A DNA stretch of 64,000 bases from Candidatus Methylomirabilota bacterium (GTDB lineage: Bacteria > Methylomirabilota > Methylomirabilia > Rokubacteriales > CSP1-6). Each line of letters starts with the position of its first letter. The stretch's first letter is position 1. Shown piece by piece: positions 16,872 to 26,601 of the stretch. The stretch lies in contig DATEDO010000028.1 in the NCBI GenBank assembly GCA_035281625.1, forward strand, positions 11,570 to 75,569, in the 5' to 3' direction. The notes beneath the pieces were generated by a model. It was not told the origin of the DNA and searched no databases. It saw only the letters and a program-made list of their open reading frames with translations. Position numbers and translations under genes: made by a program.

Positions 16872-18206
16872 TTATCTGAATCCGGCCACGACCGGCGCCG
16901 CGTCGATCAGCTGCTGCCGGTTGTTGGCGCGCGTGAAGCGCCCCTTGTCGTCGGCGGGCGCGTCGCACGGCACGCCCATCGGCCCGACCGTGATGATGCC
17001 CAGGAGGTTGACCGTCCGCGGGCTCGAGTAGACGCCGATACGCGGGCAGCCGTCGCAGGCGTCGTCGTAGGCCATCACGCTCCGGACGGTGAGGTCGAAC
17101 CCGAGGGCGCGCACCGGGAAGATGTGGCCGTAGTTGCACGTCTCGGACGCGAAGGCGTCATCGGCGGCACGGTCGTGGCGCATCCCGATGTTGTGTCCGA
17201 GCTCGTGCGCGAAGGAGAAGTTGCCGAGCGCGCAGCTCGCCTTGACGACGCTGAAGCCGAGCGGAGCATCGCCCGCCTCGACCGGATAATTCTCGTAGCC
17301 GCGGCCGCAGAAGTCCCCCGACGGGATGATGAGGCTCACCAGATCGGCCTGGTGCCGGTCGCGGAGCGCGGCCACGGTCGCATCGCTATCCACCCAGTGG
17401 AGGTCGGCAATCAGGTCGCCGCCGGCGGGGGTCCGGGACAGGCACTCGACGACGACCGTTGCCGTCACCCCGGTGGGCTCCAACCCCGCGAAGACGTCGT
17501 TGAGATTGTCCTCGAACGCGTTGGCCACGAGCGGGAGGAGGTTGCCGAAGGGGAAGAAGTTGCCGCTGCAGATGAAGGCGTAGGAGGGGAGCGGCAGGAG
17601 CACCAGCACCTTGAGCTGGGCGCGCTCGGCGGTGTCGGGACGGGCGGGGGGCGCCGCCGGCGGCTCCTTCGGCGCCGCGCGCTCCCGCTTGGGGATGGGG
17701 CGCCCTTCCTTGGGATACCGCGCCTGGTCGTACTCCGTGATGCGCACGACGTCGTCGTACACCGGCAGGATCTCGAAGACGCGGGTGTCCGACTGGATGA
17801 CGCCGAACGCGGTGGGTGGGGCGAAGGTGATATGGCCGCGCCCGTAGATCTTGGCCGCCGGACGACCCGTCCATGCGTCGAAACGGCCGTCCTTGCGCGT
17901 CACGCTCTCGGTCGTGAGGCTGACGGCGACGTCGTCGAAGAGGCGCACCGACACGGGCCGACCCGCCCGGGCGCTCAGCGCCCGCGCCAGCGCCGCCGAG
18001 TCGACGCGGGCGAAGCGCACGCGGACGACCTCGCGAGGCCGCTCGCGGAGATGGTCGGGAACCCGTCCGGGGGCGAGCTGGCTCTCGTCCATCTTGACGA
18101 ACGGTTCGACGGGCGGGACGGGGTTGGGGGGAACCGCACAGCCGGCGACGAGGCCGACGAGGAGCAGGGAAGCGAGCGTCCGGGCCCGGAGCCTGATGGG
18201 TGCCAT
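16872..18206 (-). CDS. Metzincin-type zinc metalloprotease lipoprotein (reprolysin-like)
   Basis: Lipobox LVAGC and the HELGHNIGMRHD (HExxHxxGxxHD) motif. Confidence 0.8.
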   Translation of the reverse strand: MAPIRLRARTLASLLLVGLVAGCAVPPNPVPPVEPFVKMDESQLAPGRVPDHLRERPREVVRVRFARVDSAALARALSARAGRPVSVRLFDDVAVSLTTESVTRKDGRFDAWTGRPAAKIYGRGHITFAPPTAFGVIQSDTRVFEILPVYDDVVRITEYDQARYPKEGRPIPKRERAAPKEPPAAPPARPDTAERAQLKVLVLLPLPSYAFICSGNFFPFGNLLPLVANAFEDNLNDVFAGLEPTGVTATVVVECLSRTPAGGDLIADLHWVDSDATVAALRDRHQADLVSLIIPSGDFCGRGYENYPVEAGDAPLGFSVVKASCALGNFSFAHELGHNIGMRHDRAADDAFASETCNYGHIFPVRALGFDLTVRSVMAYDDACDGCPRIGVYSSPRTVNLLGIITVGPMGVPCDAPADDKGRFTRANNRQQLIDAAPVVAGFR

Positions 18207-18380
18207 CGGGGTGCCCTCCCGCGTTTCGCTCGACGCATCCCCGGTGCCAGCCCGGGCGAAGCGCGAATGTCCGCGATTCTGCGAGCGGGGAAACCGGCGC
18301 AGACGGCCGGACCAAGCGCGACGCCCGGCCGGGAGCGGCAGCCTGCCCGACCGGGCCGCCCCGCAGGCCGTCGGCCGCCG

Positions 18381-19217
18381 TCAGGGATTCGAGGCGCGGT
18401 AGAAGTACCCGGGAAACCGCCGCACCGCCTCGACGTCCACGTCGGCGTAGAGAATCCCCTCCTCCTCGCCCAGGCTCTGGATGAAGCCCTGCGCGGAGTT
18501 GGTGCCGCCGCGCTTGGTCCTGAACCATTCGGCGAGCTCGGCGAGCGAGGTGATGGGCGGCGGCACGCAGACCGTGCTGTAGCCGCCGGCGCGGGGGAAC
18601 CGCTCCACCGACTGCCCATCGGCACCGCGCAGGCGGAGCGAGCACGCCGCGATGTCGACGCCGATCACGGGCTTGCCGTACTGCATGTGGCGGCCGATGA
18701 CGGTGGCGGGATAGGCCTCGCCGAGGGCGAACCACCACGACGGGTTGAAGATGATGTCGGCGCCCTGTTCCACGAGGGCGTCGGCCCCCTCGGCGAAGAA
18801 GGCGAAGTCGGCGCAGATCACGATGCCGAGGCGGCCGATGTCGGTCTCGAGGACGTGGTAGCCCTTGCCGGTGAGCACGCCGTTGTCGATCTCGCCCTGC
18901 GTGGGGTAGCACTTCGGCTGCCGGGCGAGGATCCGGCCGTCGGGACCGATCACCGTGGAGGTGTTGTACCAGCGGGCGCGCGTGCCCTCGATGAGCCCGG
19001 CCACGACGTAGACGCCCAGGCGCCGCGCCGCCGCGCGGATCTCCTCCTCGCCGACGCGCGGATAGAGCTCGGGGAAGGCGATGCACGTGGCGCCCGCGCG
19101 GGCCGCGGTCTCGAGCAAGGCGAGGGCGTGGGGAATGTCGCCGCCGTTCCACATGTCGTCGAAGAGGTCGGACTGGGGGCGCGCCTGGATCGCTGCGATC
19201 TTGACGGGTGCGCTCAT
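18381..19217 (-). CDS. Carbon-nitrogen hydrolase (nitrilase superfamily)
   Basis: Glu (FPEL), Lys and Cys (VICADF) catalytic-triad context. The start overlaps the upstream permease stop. Confidence 0.85.
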   Translation of the reverse strand: MSAPVKIAAIQARPQSDLFDDMWNGGDIPHALALLETAARAGATCIAFPELYPRVGEEEIRAAARRLGVYVVAGLIEGTRARWYNTSTVIGPDGRILARQPKCYPTQGEIDNGVLTGKGYHVLETDIGRLGIVICADFAFFAEGADALVEQGADIIFNPSWWFALGEAYPATVIGRHMQYGKPVIGVDIAACSLRLRGADGQSVERFPRAGGYSTVCVPPPITSLAELAEWFRTKRGGTNSAQGFIQSLGEEEGILYADVDVEAVRRFPGYFYRASNP

Positions 19218-20059
19218 GAGATCCTCCGCCCCGCCGCCGCCCGGCGGGGATCGAGCAAGTCGCGCTGGGCGTCACCGAGCAGGTTGAAGCCGAGCACGGC
19301 GAGCATGATGGCCAGCCCCGGCGCCAGTACCAGCCACGGGGCGATGGTCATGTACTGGCGGCCGCGGCTGAGCATGCTGCCCCAGCTCGGCGCGGGCGGC
19401 TGCGTGCCCAGGCCGAGAAAGCTCAGCGCCGCCTCCACGAGGATGACGATCGAGAGGCTCAGGCTCGCCTGGACCGCAAGCATGGGCGTGACGTTGGGCA
19501 GGACGTGCCTGCCGAGGATGCGCGGGTGGGACGCCCCGAGCGCGCGCGCGGCCTGGACGAATTCCTGGGGCTTGAGCGCCAGCGTGGCGCTCCGGGCGAG
19601 CACGGCGAACTGGGGGAGCGTCAGCACCGCGATGGTGAGGACCAGATTGACGGCGCTGGGGCCGAGGGCCGCGACCAGGGCGATGGCGAGCAGGATCGGC
19701 GGGAAGGCGAAGAGCACGTCGAAGAGGCGCATGGCGAGGAGATCCGGCGCGCCGCCCCAGTAGCCGAGGCCCACCCCCAGCGTGGTGCCGACGAGCACGG
19801 CGAGCGCCACGGATGGAATGGCCACGCCGAGCGACACGCGGGCCCCGTAGAGAACGCGGCTCAGGATGTCGCGGCCCACCTCGTCGGTGCCGAGCAAGAA
19901 CTTCGGGCCGGGCGGCGCGATCTCCGCGCCCGGGAAGATCGCGGTCGGCGCATGGGGCGCCAGCCACGGCGCGGCCAGCGCCGCCACCACCAGGCCGGCG
20001 ACGAGGAGCCCGCCCGCGAGGAGCGATCCGCTGCGCAGCGCCCGGGGCAGGCGGCTCAC
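19214..20059 (-). CDS. ABC transporter permease (DppC/OppC-like)
   Basis: Six TM helices and an EAA-type loop (QEFVQAARALGAS). Confidence 0.9.
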   Translation of the reverse strand: MSRLPRALRSGSLLAGGLLVAGLVVAALAAPWLAPHAPTAIFPGAEIAPPGPKFLLGTDEVGRDILSRVLYGARVSLGVAIPSVALAVLVGTTLGVGLGYWGGAPDLLAMRLFDVLFAFPPILLAIALVAALGPSAVNLVLTIAVLTLPQFAVLARSATLALKPQEFVQAARALGASHPRILGRHVLPNVTPMLAVQASLSLSIVILVEAALSFLGLGTQPPAPSWGSMLSRGRQYMTIAPWLVLAPGLAIMLAVLGFNLLGDAQRDLLDPRRAAAGRRIS

Positions 20060-21006
20060 GCGTACAGGATCCGGCGGTCGATCACGTGGTAAAGGAGATC
20101 GAGCGCGAGGTTCACGAGCACGGCGCCCGAGGTCAGGAGCAGCACCGCGCCCTGGATCGTCGTGTAGTCCCGCTGGTAGATCGCGTTCACGACCAGGCGC
20201 CCCATGCCGGGCAGCGCGAAGACCTCCTCGATGATCACCGCGCCGCCGATGAGGTACACGAACTGGGTGCCGGCCATGGCCACGACGGGGATCAGCGCGT
20301 TCCGGAGCGCGTGCTTGAAGACGACGCCGCGGCCGGCCACGCCCTTGGCGCGGGCGGTACGCACGTAGTCCTGTCCCAGCACATCCAGCATGCTGCTCCG
20401 CGTGAAGCGGGCGATGATCGCCGAGATGGCGAGCCCGAGCGAGGCCGCCGCCGGCAGCATGGCGAGGAGGCTCCGGCCGGGGCTCTCGCTGAACGGCACG
20501 TGGCCCAGCGTGTGGAGCCAGGGCGCATAGCGCGCCCCCGCGATGATCACCACCGTCCCGATGAAGAAGGCGGGCGCCGAGATGAAGAGCAGGGAGAAGA
20601 GCCGCGTGGAGGCATCGACGGTGCGCCCCGCCCGCATCGCCGCCAGCACGCCCAGCGGAATGCCGACGCCGAGCGCGATGATCATCGCCATCAGCGCGAG
20701 CTGAAGGGTCACGGGGTAGCTCCGCAGGAGCTCGTCGCGGACGGAGAACCCCGTGACGAGGGAATGGCCGAGGTTACCCCGCAGGACGTCGCCCAGCCAG
20801 AAGACGTACTGCACCGCGAGCGGCTGGTCGAGGTGGAGCGCGTGGATCAGCGCCTGGCGCGTCTGCTCGTTCTGGCTCGCGGTGATCCCGAGGAGAATGG
20901 TCACGAGGTCGCCGGGGATCAGGTGAATGAGCAGGAAGGTGAGCACCGACACGCCGAAGAGCGTGGGGATCAGGAGCAGGAGGCGCTTGCCGACGTAGGC
21001 GGTCAT
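20056..21006 (-). CDS. ABC transporter permease (DppB/OppB-like)
   Basis: Typical N-terminus YVGKRLLLLIPTLFGVSVLTFLLIHLIPGD and the loop DYVRTARAKG. Confidence 0.9.
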   Translation of the reverse strand: MTAYVGKRLLLLIPTLFGVSVLTFLLIHLIPGDLVTILLGITASQNEQTRQALIHALHLDQPLAVQYVFWLGDVLRGNLGHSLVTGFSVRDELLRSYPVTLQLALMAMIIALGVGIPLGVLAAMRAGRTVDASTRLFSLLFISAPAFFIGTVVIIAGARYAPWLHTLGHVPFSESPGRSLLAMLPAAASLGLAISAIIARFTRSSMLDVLGQDYVRTARAKGVAGRGVVFKHALRNALIPVVAMAGTQFVYLIGGAVIIEEVFALPGMGRLVVNAIYQRDYTTIQGAVLLLTSGAVLVNLALDLLYHVIDRRILYA

Positions 21007-21033
21007 GCCCTCACCGCCGGCCGGCGCCGCCCG

Positions 21034-22641
21034 TCAGGCGAGCCACGTCTGCTTGAAGAAGTGCCGGCTCCGGCTTCCCGGCTGCGCCCCGGGAATGGAG
21101 ATGTAGCCCTTCACGGCGTCGCGGAGCACTTCCGTGGCGCCCGAGGCGTAGGGGAAGATCAGGTAGGCCTGATCCGCCATGTGACGCTGGAGGTCGCGGT
21201 AGATCGTGACCCGCTTCTCCCGGTCCAGCGTCGTCCGCCCCTGCTCGAGGAGCTCGTCGACCTTGGCATCCTTGAACTTGCCGAGGTTGATGTTCGACCC
21301 GCTGTGAAAGATGTCGTAGGCATGGGCATCGGGGTCGGGCTGCCACACGAGGGGGATCATGCTCATCCCCTCGTACTCGGTGCGGACGAAGTTCTTCAGC
21401 GTCGCGCCCCATTCCGTCTGCTTGAGCGTCACGCGGATGCCCGCGGCGGCCAGCTGCTCCTTCATGACCTCCGCCGTCCGGATGGTCTGGGGGAAGCGGG
21501 GCGACACCTCGAGCGTCGTGTCGAGGCCGTTGGCGAGGCCGGCCTCGCCGAGGAGACGCTTGGCCTGCGCCGGGTCGTTGGCGTAGTAGGGCAGGCCCTT
21601 CTCGTCGCCGGCGTAGCCGAACGGCGCGTCGCAGGGCGGAATCTTGGTCGAGATGCCCCCGCGCCCGCGGAGGACGCTGGCGATGATCTCCTTCCTGTTG
21701 ATTCCGAGGCTGACCGCCCGCCGGACCCGCACGTCGTTGAAGGGCGGCTTGGTCTGGTTGAAGGCCATGCCGTGCTGGGCACAGTAGCCGTCCGGCTCAC
21801 GGAGGGTGACGCCGGGGGCGCCCTGGACCTGCCGGTCGATGAGGGGATCGACGGACCAGAGGTAGTGGACGGTGCCCGCGCGCAGCGCGGCCACGCGGGC
21901 GGCCTCGTCCGGGATGATGCGGTACTCGATGCCGTCGAGATAGGGCAGGCCCGATTCGTAGTACTTCGGGTTGCGCTTGAGGACCACGGTGTTGTCGGGC
22001 ACGAATCGGTCGAGCATGAAGGGCCCGGTGCCGGAGGCGGTCTTCTGGAGGTCGCCTTCCTTCTCCACGATGTCGCGCGGGACGATGGCCGAGTAGTGGG
22101 GCGTGGCGAGGTACGAGAAGAACGGGGCGAACGGCCGCTTGAGGACGAAGCGGACGGTGGACGGATCCGGCGTCTCGATCTTGTCGATGATCTGCCAGTT
22201 GGAGCGCCAGGGCGACGCCGTCTTCTCGTCGAGCATGCGCTCGAACGAGTACTTCACGTCCGCGGCCACGAGGTCGCGCCCATGATGCCACGTGACACCC
22301 TTGCGGAGCCGGAAGACGAACGTCGTGTCGTTGACCGCCTGCCAGGACTCGGCCAGGTCGCCCACGATGTTCATCTTGGGGTCGCGACGCAGGAGGTTTC
22401 CGTAGACGTGCTCCGAGATCATCCAGCTGTGGGCGGCCGCCGACTTCGCCGGGTCGAGGCCCGGCGGGCTGACGTCGGCGGCGATGACCAGCGTGCCGCC
22501 GCGCTTGGGCGTCTGAGCGGCGGCAGGCAGGACGAGCGGCGGCGCCCCGAGCCCCACCAGGGCGAGGGCGCCCGCTTCGAGGAATGCCCGCCGGGTCTGC
22601 CCGTGCGGAAAATGGATCGGGTAATCGGTACGGTCCGCCAT
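21034..22641 (-). CDS. ABC substrate-binding protein, family 5 (peptide/nickel type), Tat signal
   Basis: Twin-arginine signal TRRAFLEAGALALVGLG. 535 aa with SBP_bac_5-like sequence. Confidence 0.9.
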   Translation of the reverse strand: MADRTDYPIHFPHGQTRRAFLEAGALALVGLGAPPLVLPAAAQTPKRGGTLVIAADVSPPGLDPAKSAAAHSWMISEHVYGNLLRRDPKMNIVGDLAESWQAVNDTTFVFRLRKGVTWHHGRDLVAADVKYSFERMLDEKTASPWRSNWQIIDKIETPDPSTVRFVLKRPFAPFFSYLATPHYSAIVPRDIVEKEGDLQKTASGTGPFMLDRFVPDNTVVLKRNPKYYESGLPYLDGIEYRIIPDEAARVAALRAGTVHYLWSVDPLIDRQVQGAPGVTLREPDGYCAQHGMAFNQTKPPFNDVRVRRAVSLGINRKEIIASVLRGRGGISTKIPPCDAPFGYAGDEKGLPYYANDPAQAKRLLGEAGLANGLDTTLEVSPRFPQTIRTAEVMKEQLAAAGIRVTLKQTEWGATLKNFVRTEYEGMSMIPLVWQPDPDAHAYDIFHSGSNINLGKFKDAKVDELLEQGRTTLDREKRVTIYRDLQRHMADQAYLIFPYASGATEVLRDAVKGYISIPGAQPGSRSRHFFKQTWLA

Positions 22642-22784
22642 GCCGCCCTCCAGGGCTTTCGTGCCGGTGAACTGACGTGACCTGCGGGATCCCGCAACGC
22701 GGTGTCATCCTCCTCCGCAGGCGCGATGGCGTCAAGCGTCGGGTATAATCGCGCCACCCACACGCCCGGAAGGAGCCACCCCTC

Positions 22785-23816
22785 ATGACCCTACGTCGAT
22801 GCACCTCGACTATCTCGCTGATGTGCCTGCTCACCGCCGGCCTCGTGTCACCGGCCGCCGCCCAGGAGCTGGTGGTGGCGACCTTCGGCGGCACGTTCGT
22901 CGAGAATTCGAAGAAGTGCCACGCCACCGCCTTCGAGAAGGCGACCGGGGCGACCGTGAAGTACGTGCTCGGCAGCTCGGTCCAGACCGCGGCCAAGATG
23001 CGCGCGGCGGGCGCGCGCGCGGAGTTCGACGTCGCGTACATGGACAGCCAGATCGTCAAGCAGGTGAAGGCCGAGGGCCTGCTCCAGCCGCTCGAGCCCG
23101 CCAAGATCGCCGGCTGGGGGGATCTCTACGACGCGTCGAAGGACAAGGACGGCTACTGGGTGTCGATGATGTTCGCCGGCACCGTCATCACCTACAACAC
23201 GAACCTGGTGAAGACGCCGCCCACCTCGTGGGCCGACCTCTGGAAGCCCGAATGGAAGGGCAAGCTCTCCATCCCCGACATCTCCGGGACCTCGGGCCAG
23301 CAGTTCCTGATGGCGGCGGCGCGGCTGAACGGGGGCTCGATCGAGAACATCGACCCCGGCTTCGAGGCGATCAAGCGGCTGAAGCCGAACGTCCAGATGA
23401 TGTACACGCAGCCCGACCAGATCATCCCGCTGTTCGAGCGGGGCGACATCGCGGTGGCCGTGTGGTACACGGACCGCACCGGCGCCGCCGCGGCGAAGGG
23501 CGTGCCGGTAGCCGCGGCGTATCCCAAGGAGGGCGCGATCGGCATCGTGCCCACCGTGTCCGTGCCCAAGGCCAGCCAGAAGCGCGAGCTGGCGCAGAAG
23601 TACATCGCCACCCTCCTCGCGCCGGAGGGCCAGCTCTGCTTCGCGCAGTCGCAGTTCGCCGGCCCCACCAACAAGAAGGTGCAGCTCCCGGCCGATCTGG
23701 CGAAGCTCGTGCCCTACGGCGATCTCGTCCAGCGCATGTACTTCCCCGACACCGACTTCGTGGCGCGGAAGTTCCCCGAGTGGTCGGAGCGCTGGGGGCG
23801 CGAGATCGCGCGGTGA
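22785..23816 (+). CDS. ABC substrate-binding protein (PotD/spermidine-putrescine-like, family 1)
   Basis: Signal peptide ending AAAQE. PotD-like length and motifs. Confidence 0.8.
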   Translation: MTLRRCTSTISLMCLLTAGLVSPAAAQELVVATFGGTFVENSKKCHATAFEKATGATVKYVLGSSVQTAAKMRAAGARAEFDVAYMDSQIVKQVKAEGLLQPLEPAKIAGWGDLYDASKDKDGYWVSMMFAGTVITYNTNLVKTPPTSWADLWKPEWKGKLSIPDISGTSGQQFLMAAARLNGGSIENIDPGFEAIKRLKPNVQMMYTQPDQIIPLFERGDIAVAVWYTDRTGAAAAKGVPVAAAYPKEGAIGIVPTVSVPKASQKRELAQKYIATLLAPEGQLCFAQSQFAGPTNKKVQLPADLAKLVPYGDLVQRMYFPDTDFVARKFPEWSERWGREIAR

Positions 23817-23847
23817 GCCCCGCCTCGCCGGGGCCGCGGCGCCGGCA

Positions 23848-24960
23848 GTGAGCGGCGCCGCGCCGGCGCTCCGGGTCTCCGGGCTCCGCAAGGCGTTCGG
23901 CGCCGTCGTCGCCGTGGCGGATGTCTCCCTCGACGCCGCCCCCGGCGAGTTCCTCTCCCTCCTGGGGCCGTCCGGCTGCGGCAAGAGCACGGTGCTCCGC
24001 ATGGTGGCCGGCCTCGTGGAGCCGGACGCGGGGCAGATCGTGCTGGCCGGGGAGGACATCACGGCGGTGCCGGTCCATCGCCGGAACCTCGGGCTGGTCT
24101 TCCAGTCCTACGCGCTGTTCCCGCACATGACGGTATTCGAGAACGTCGCCTTCGGCCTCCGCCGGCGGGGGGTGGCGGAGGCGGAGCTGCGCCCGCGCGT
24201 GGAGCGGATGCTGGAGCTGGTGCGGCTGGGCCCGCTGGGCGCGCGGCATCCGCGCGAGCTCTCCGGCGGCCAGCAGCAGCGCGTCGCCCTCGCTCGCGCG
24301 CTCGTCACCGAGCCCCGCGTGCTGCTGCTCGACGAGCCGCTCTCCAATCTCGATGCCCTGCTCCGCGACGAGATGCGCGTGGAGCTCAAGCGGCTGCAGG
24401 AGCGGCTCGGCACCACGATGATCTTCGTCACCCACGATCAGGCGGAGGCCCTGATCCTCTCCGACCGCGTGGTGGTCATGGAGGCGGGGCGCGTGGAGCA
24501 GATCGGCCGGCCGGAGGAGGTGTATCGTCGCCCGGCCACGCCGTTCGTGGCGCGCTTTCTCGGGCGCGCGAACTTCTTCGCGGGCACGGTCGCCAGGGTC
24601 GAGGCGAGTGGCCTCGTCGTCGCGATGGAAGGTGGGCTGTCGGTCGTGGCCGCGCCGCGCCCGGGACTTCAGCCCGGCCAGCGGGTGCAGGTGGCGATCC
24701 GCCAGGAGAATATCGGCCTCGAGGCCTCCGACGCCGACGTCGCCCACGCCAATCGCTTCCCGGCCAAGGTGGTCTTTCACGCCTTCGCGGGGCACGCGCA
24801 TCACTATGTCGTGCAGCTGGCTGACGGGCGCGAGCTCGAGGTGGCCGCCCCCGGCGCGTCGCTGCCGTTCGCGCGCGGAGCTCCCGTGGTCGCGGCCTGG
24901 GGCCCGGACGACGTCGTGATCCTCGCCGAGGGCCAGCGCCACGGCGGGGACGCGCCATGA
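23848..24960 (+). CDS. ABC transporter ATP-binding protein (PotA-like)
   Basis: GTG start. Walker A GPSGCGKST, signature LSGGQQQRVALARAL, Walker B LLLDEP and a C-terminal TOBE-like domain. Confidence 0.9.
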   Translation: MSGAAPALRVSGLRKAFGAVVAVADVSLDAAPGEFLSLLGPSGCGKSTVLRMVAGLVEPDAGQIVLAGEDITAVPVHRRNLGLVFQSYALFPHMTVFENVAFGLRRRGVAEAELRPRVERMLELVRLGPLGARHPRELSGGQQQRVALARALVTEPRVLLLDEPLSNLDALLRDEMRVELKRLQERLGTTMIFVTHDQAEALILSDRVVVMEAGRVEQIGRPEEVYRRPATPFVARFLGRANFFAGTVARVEASGLVVAMEGGLSVVAAPRPGLQPGQRVQVAIRQENIGLEASDADVAHANRFPAKVVFHAFAGHAHHYVVQLADGRELEVAAPGASLPFARGAPVVAAWGPDDVVILAEGQRHGGDAP

Positions 24961-25802
24961 AGGGCGGGCGCGGCGTGGGCCTCCTGCTCCCCGCGATACT
25001 GCTGCTCCTCGTCGCCTTCGTGTTCCCGGTCGGCATGCTGGTGCCGACCAGCTTCCGCCCGTACGTGCCCCTGGTGGGCATCACCGGCGGATTCACCACC
25101 GCGTACTACACCCGGCTGGTGACGGACTCGTACTACCTCGAGATCATCGGCCGGACTCTTTCACTCGGGTTTACCGTCACCCTTGCTACGCTCGTGATCG
25201 GCTATCCGCTGGCCTTCTTCCTCGCGCGCACCCGGTCGCGGTGGCGCAACTGGCTGACCCTCCTGGTCGTCTTCCCCTTGTATCTGAACCTCGTCGTGCG
25301 CACGTTCGGGTGGATCGCCTTGCTCGCGCAGAACGGTCTCGTGAACCAGGCCCTCCAGACGCTGGGGGTCGTGAACGAGCCCCTGAAGCTCCTGTTCAAC
25401 TTCGCCGGCCTCATGATCGCGCTGACCCACATCTTCCTGCCGTTCATGGTGCTGGTGCTCATCGGCCCCATCCAGAACATCCCGCGTGACGTGGAGGACG
25501 CCGCCCGCGTGCTCGGCGCCTCGTGGGGCGGCACCTTCCTGCGCGTGACCCTTCCGCTCTCGATGCCCGGCATCCTCTCCGGCTCCATCCTGGTGTTCGT
25601 CCTCACCATCAGCGCCCTGGTCACCCCGCGTCTCCTCGGCGGGCCGACCTACCAGGTGATGTCCACGCTCATCTTCGACGAGTTCCTCCAGCGGCTGAAC
25701 TGGCCGGCCGGCTCGGCGGCGGCGCTGCTGCTCACGCTGATGGTGCTGGCCCTCGTCTTCCTCTCCGGCGTCCTCGCGCGCCGGACCGGAGCCCGCGCGT
25801 GA
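24957..25802 (+). CDS. ABC transporter permease (PotB-like)
   Basis: ATGA overlap with the ATPase gene. Six TM helices and the loop EDAARVLGAS. Confidence 0.9.
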   Translation: MKGGRGVGLLLPAILLLLVAFVFPVGMLVPTSFRPYVPLVGITGGFTTAYYTRLVTDSYYLEIIGRTLSLGFTVTLATLVIGYPLAFFLARTRSRWRNWLTLLVVFPLYLNLVVRTFGWIALLAQNGLVNQALQTLGVVNEPLKLLFNFAGLMIALTHIFLPFMVLVLIGPIQNIPRDVEDAARVLGASWGGTFLRVTLPLSMPGILSGSILVFVLTISALVTPRLLGGPTYQVMSTLIFDEFLQRLNWPAGSAAALLLTLMVLALVFLSGVLARRTGARA

Positions 25803-26590
25803 CGGCGGCCCGGGTGCGGCGATGGCTGCTCCGGGCGTGGGTGACGCTGGTCTTCGCCTACCTGATGCTCCCCGTGATCGTGGTCGCGCTGGCGTCGTTC
25901 AGCCGCACGTCCTACCTCACCGTGCCGCCGAAGGGGCTGACGCTGCGCTGGTTTGGCGCGGTGCTGGGCGATCCCGACTACATCCACGCCATCGTCTTCA
26001 GCATGGGCCTGGCCCTGGTCGCCACGGGGGGATCCCTCGCCGTGGGCGTGGCGGCGTCCTACGCCTTGCTGCGCCGCCGCGTGCCCGGCGGCGCCGTCGT
26101 CTCGGCGCTGCTGAACGCGCCGCTCATCTTCCCGGGCGTGGTCGTGGGCGTCGCGCTGCTGCAGTTCTACGCGCTGGTCCACATGAACGGCACGCTGATC
26201 GGCCTCGCCCTCGCCCACATGGTGATCACCGTGCCCTATGTCGTGCGGGCGGTGATGGCGAGCCTCCAGGGCATCGATCCCGAGCTCGAGAGCGCTGCGC
26301 GCGTCCTCGGGGCCAGCGGGCCGGTCGCCTTCTTCACCGTTACCCTGCCGCTCATCCGCCCCGGCATCGCCGCCGGCGCGCTCTTCTCGTTCATCGTGTC
26401 GTTCGACAATGTGCCGGTGTCGATCTTCCTCCTGGGCGCGGGCCAGATGACGCTGCCCGTGAAGATCTTCACCGCCATCGAGTACGGGGTGGACCCGTCC
26501 ATCGCCGCCATCTCCACCATGCTGATCGTGCTCACCGGCCTGGGTCTCGCCGCCGCCGAGCGCTGGATCGGCTTCCACCGGTTCGTCTGA
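25799..26590 (+). CDS. ABC transporter permease (PotC-like)
   Basis: Track ORF 25523-26590 trimmed to GTG 25799 (GTGA overlap). Loop ESAARVLGAS. Confidence 0.85.
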   Translation: MTAARVRRWLLRAWVTLVFAYLMLPVIVVALASFSRTSYLTVPPKGLTLRWFGAVLGDPDYIHAIVFSMGLALVATGGSLAVGVAASYALLRRRVPGGAVVSALLNAPLIFPGVVVGVALLQFYALVHMNGTLIGLALAHMVITVPYVVRAVMASLQGIDPELESAARVLGASGPVAFFTVTLPLIRPGIAAGALFSFIVSFDNVPVSIFLLGAGQMTLPVKIFTAIEYGVDPSIAAISTMLIVLTGLGLAAAERWIGFHRFV

Positions 26591-26601
26591 GGGGGGCGCT
26601 C

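Noticed and set aside
17124-22680. Very long plus-strand ORFs (879 aa at 17124-19763 and 955 aa at 19813-22680)
   Set aside because: They are antisense to five minus-strand genes with clear family motifs (metzincin, CN-hydrolase, two permeases, binding protein). Their translations are Arg/Gly/Ala/Glu/Asp-rich with no motifs.
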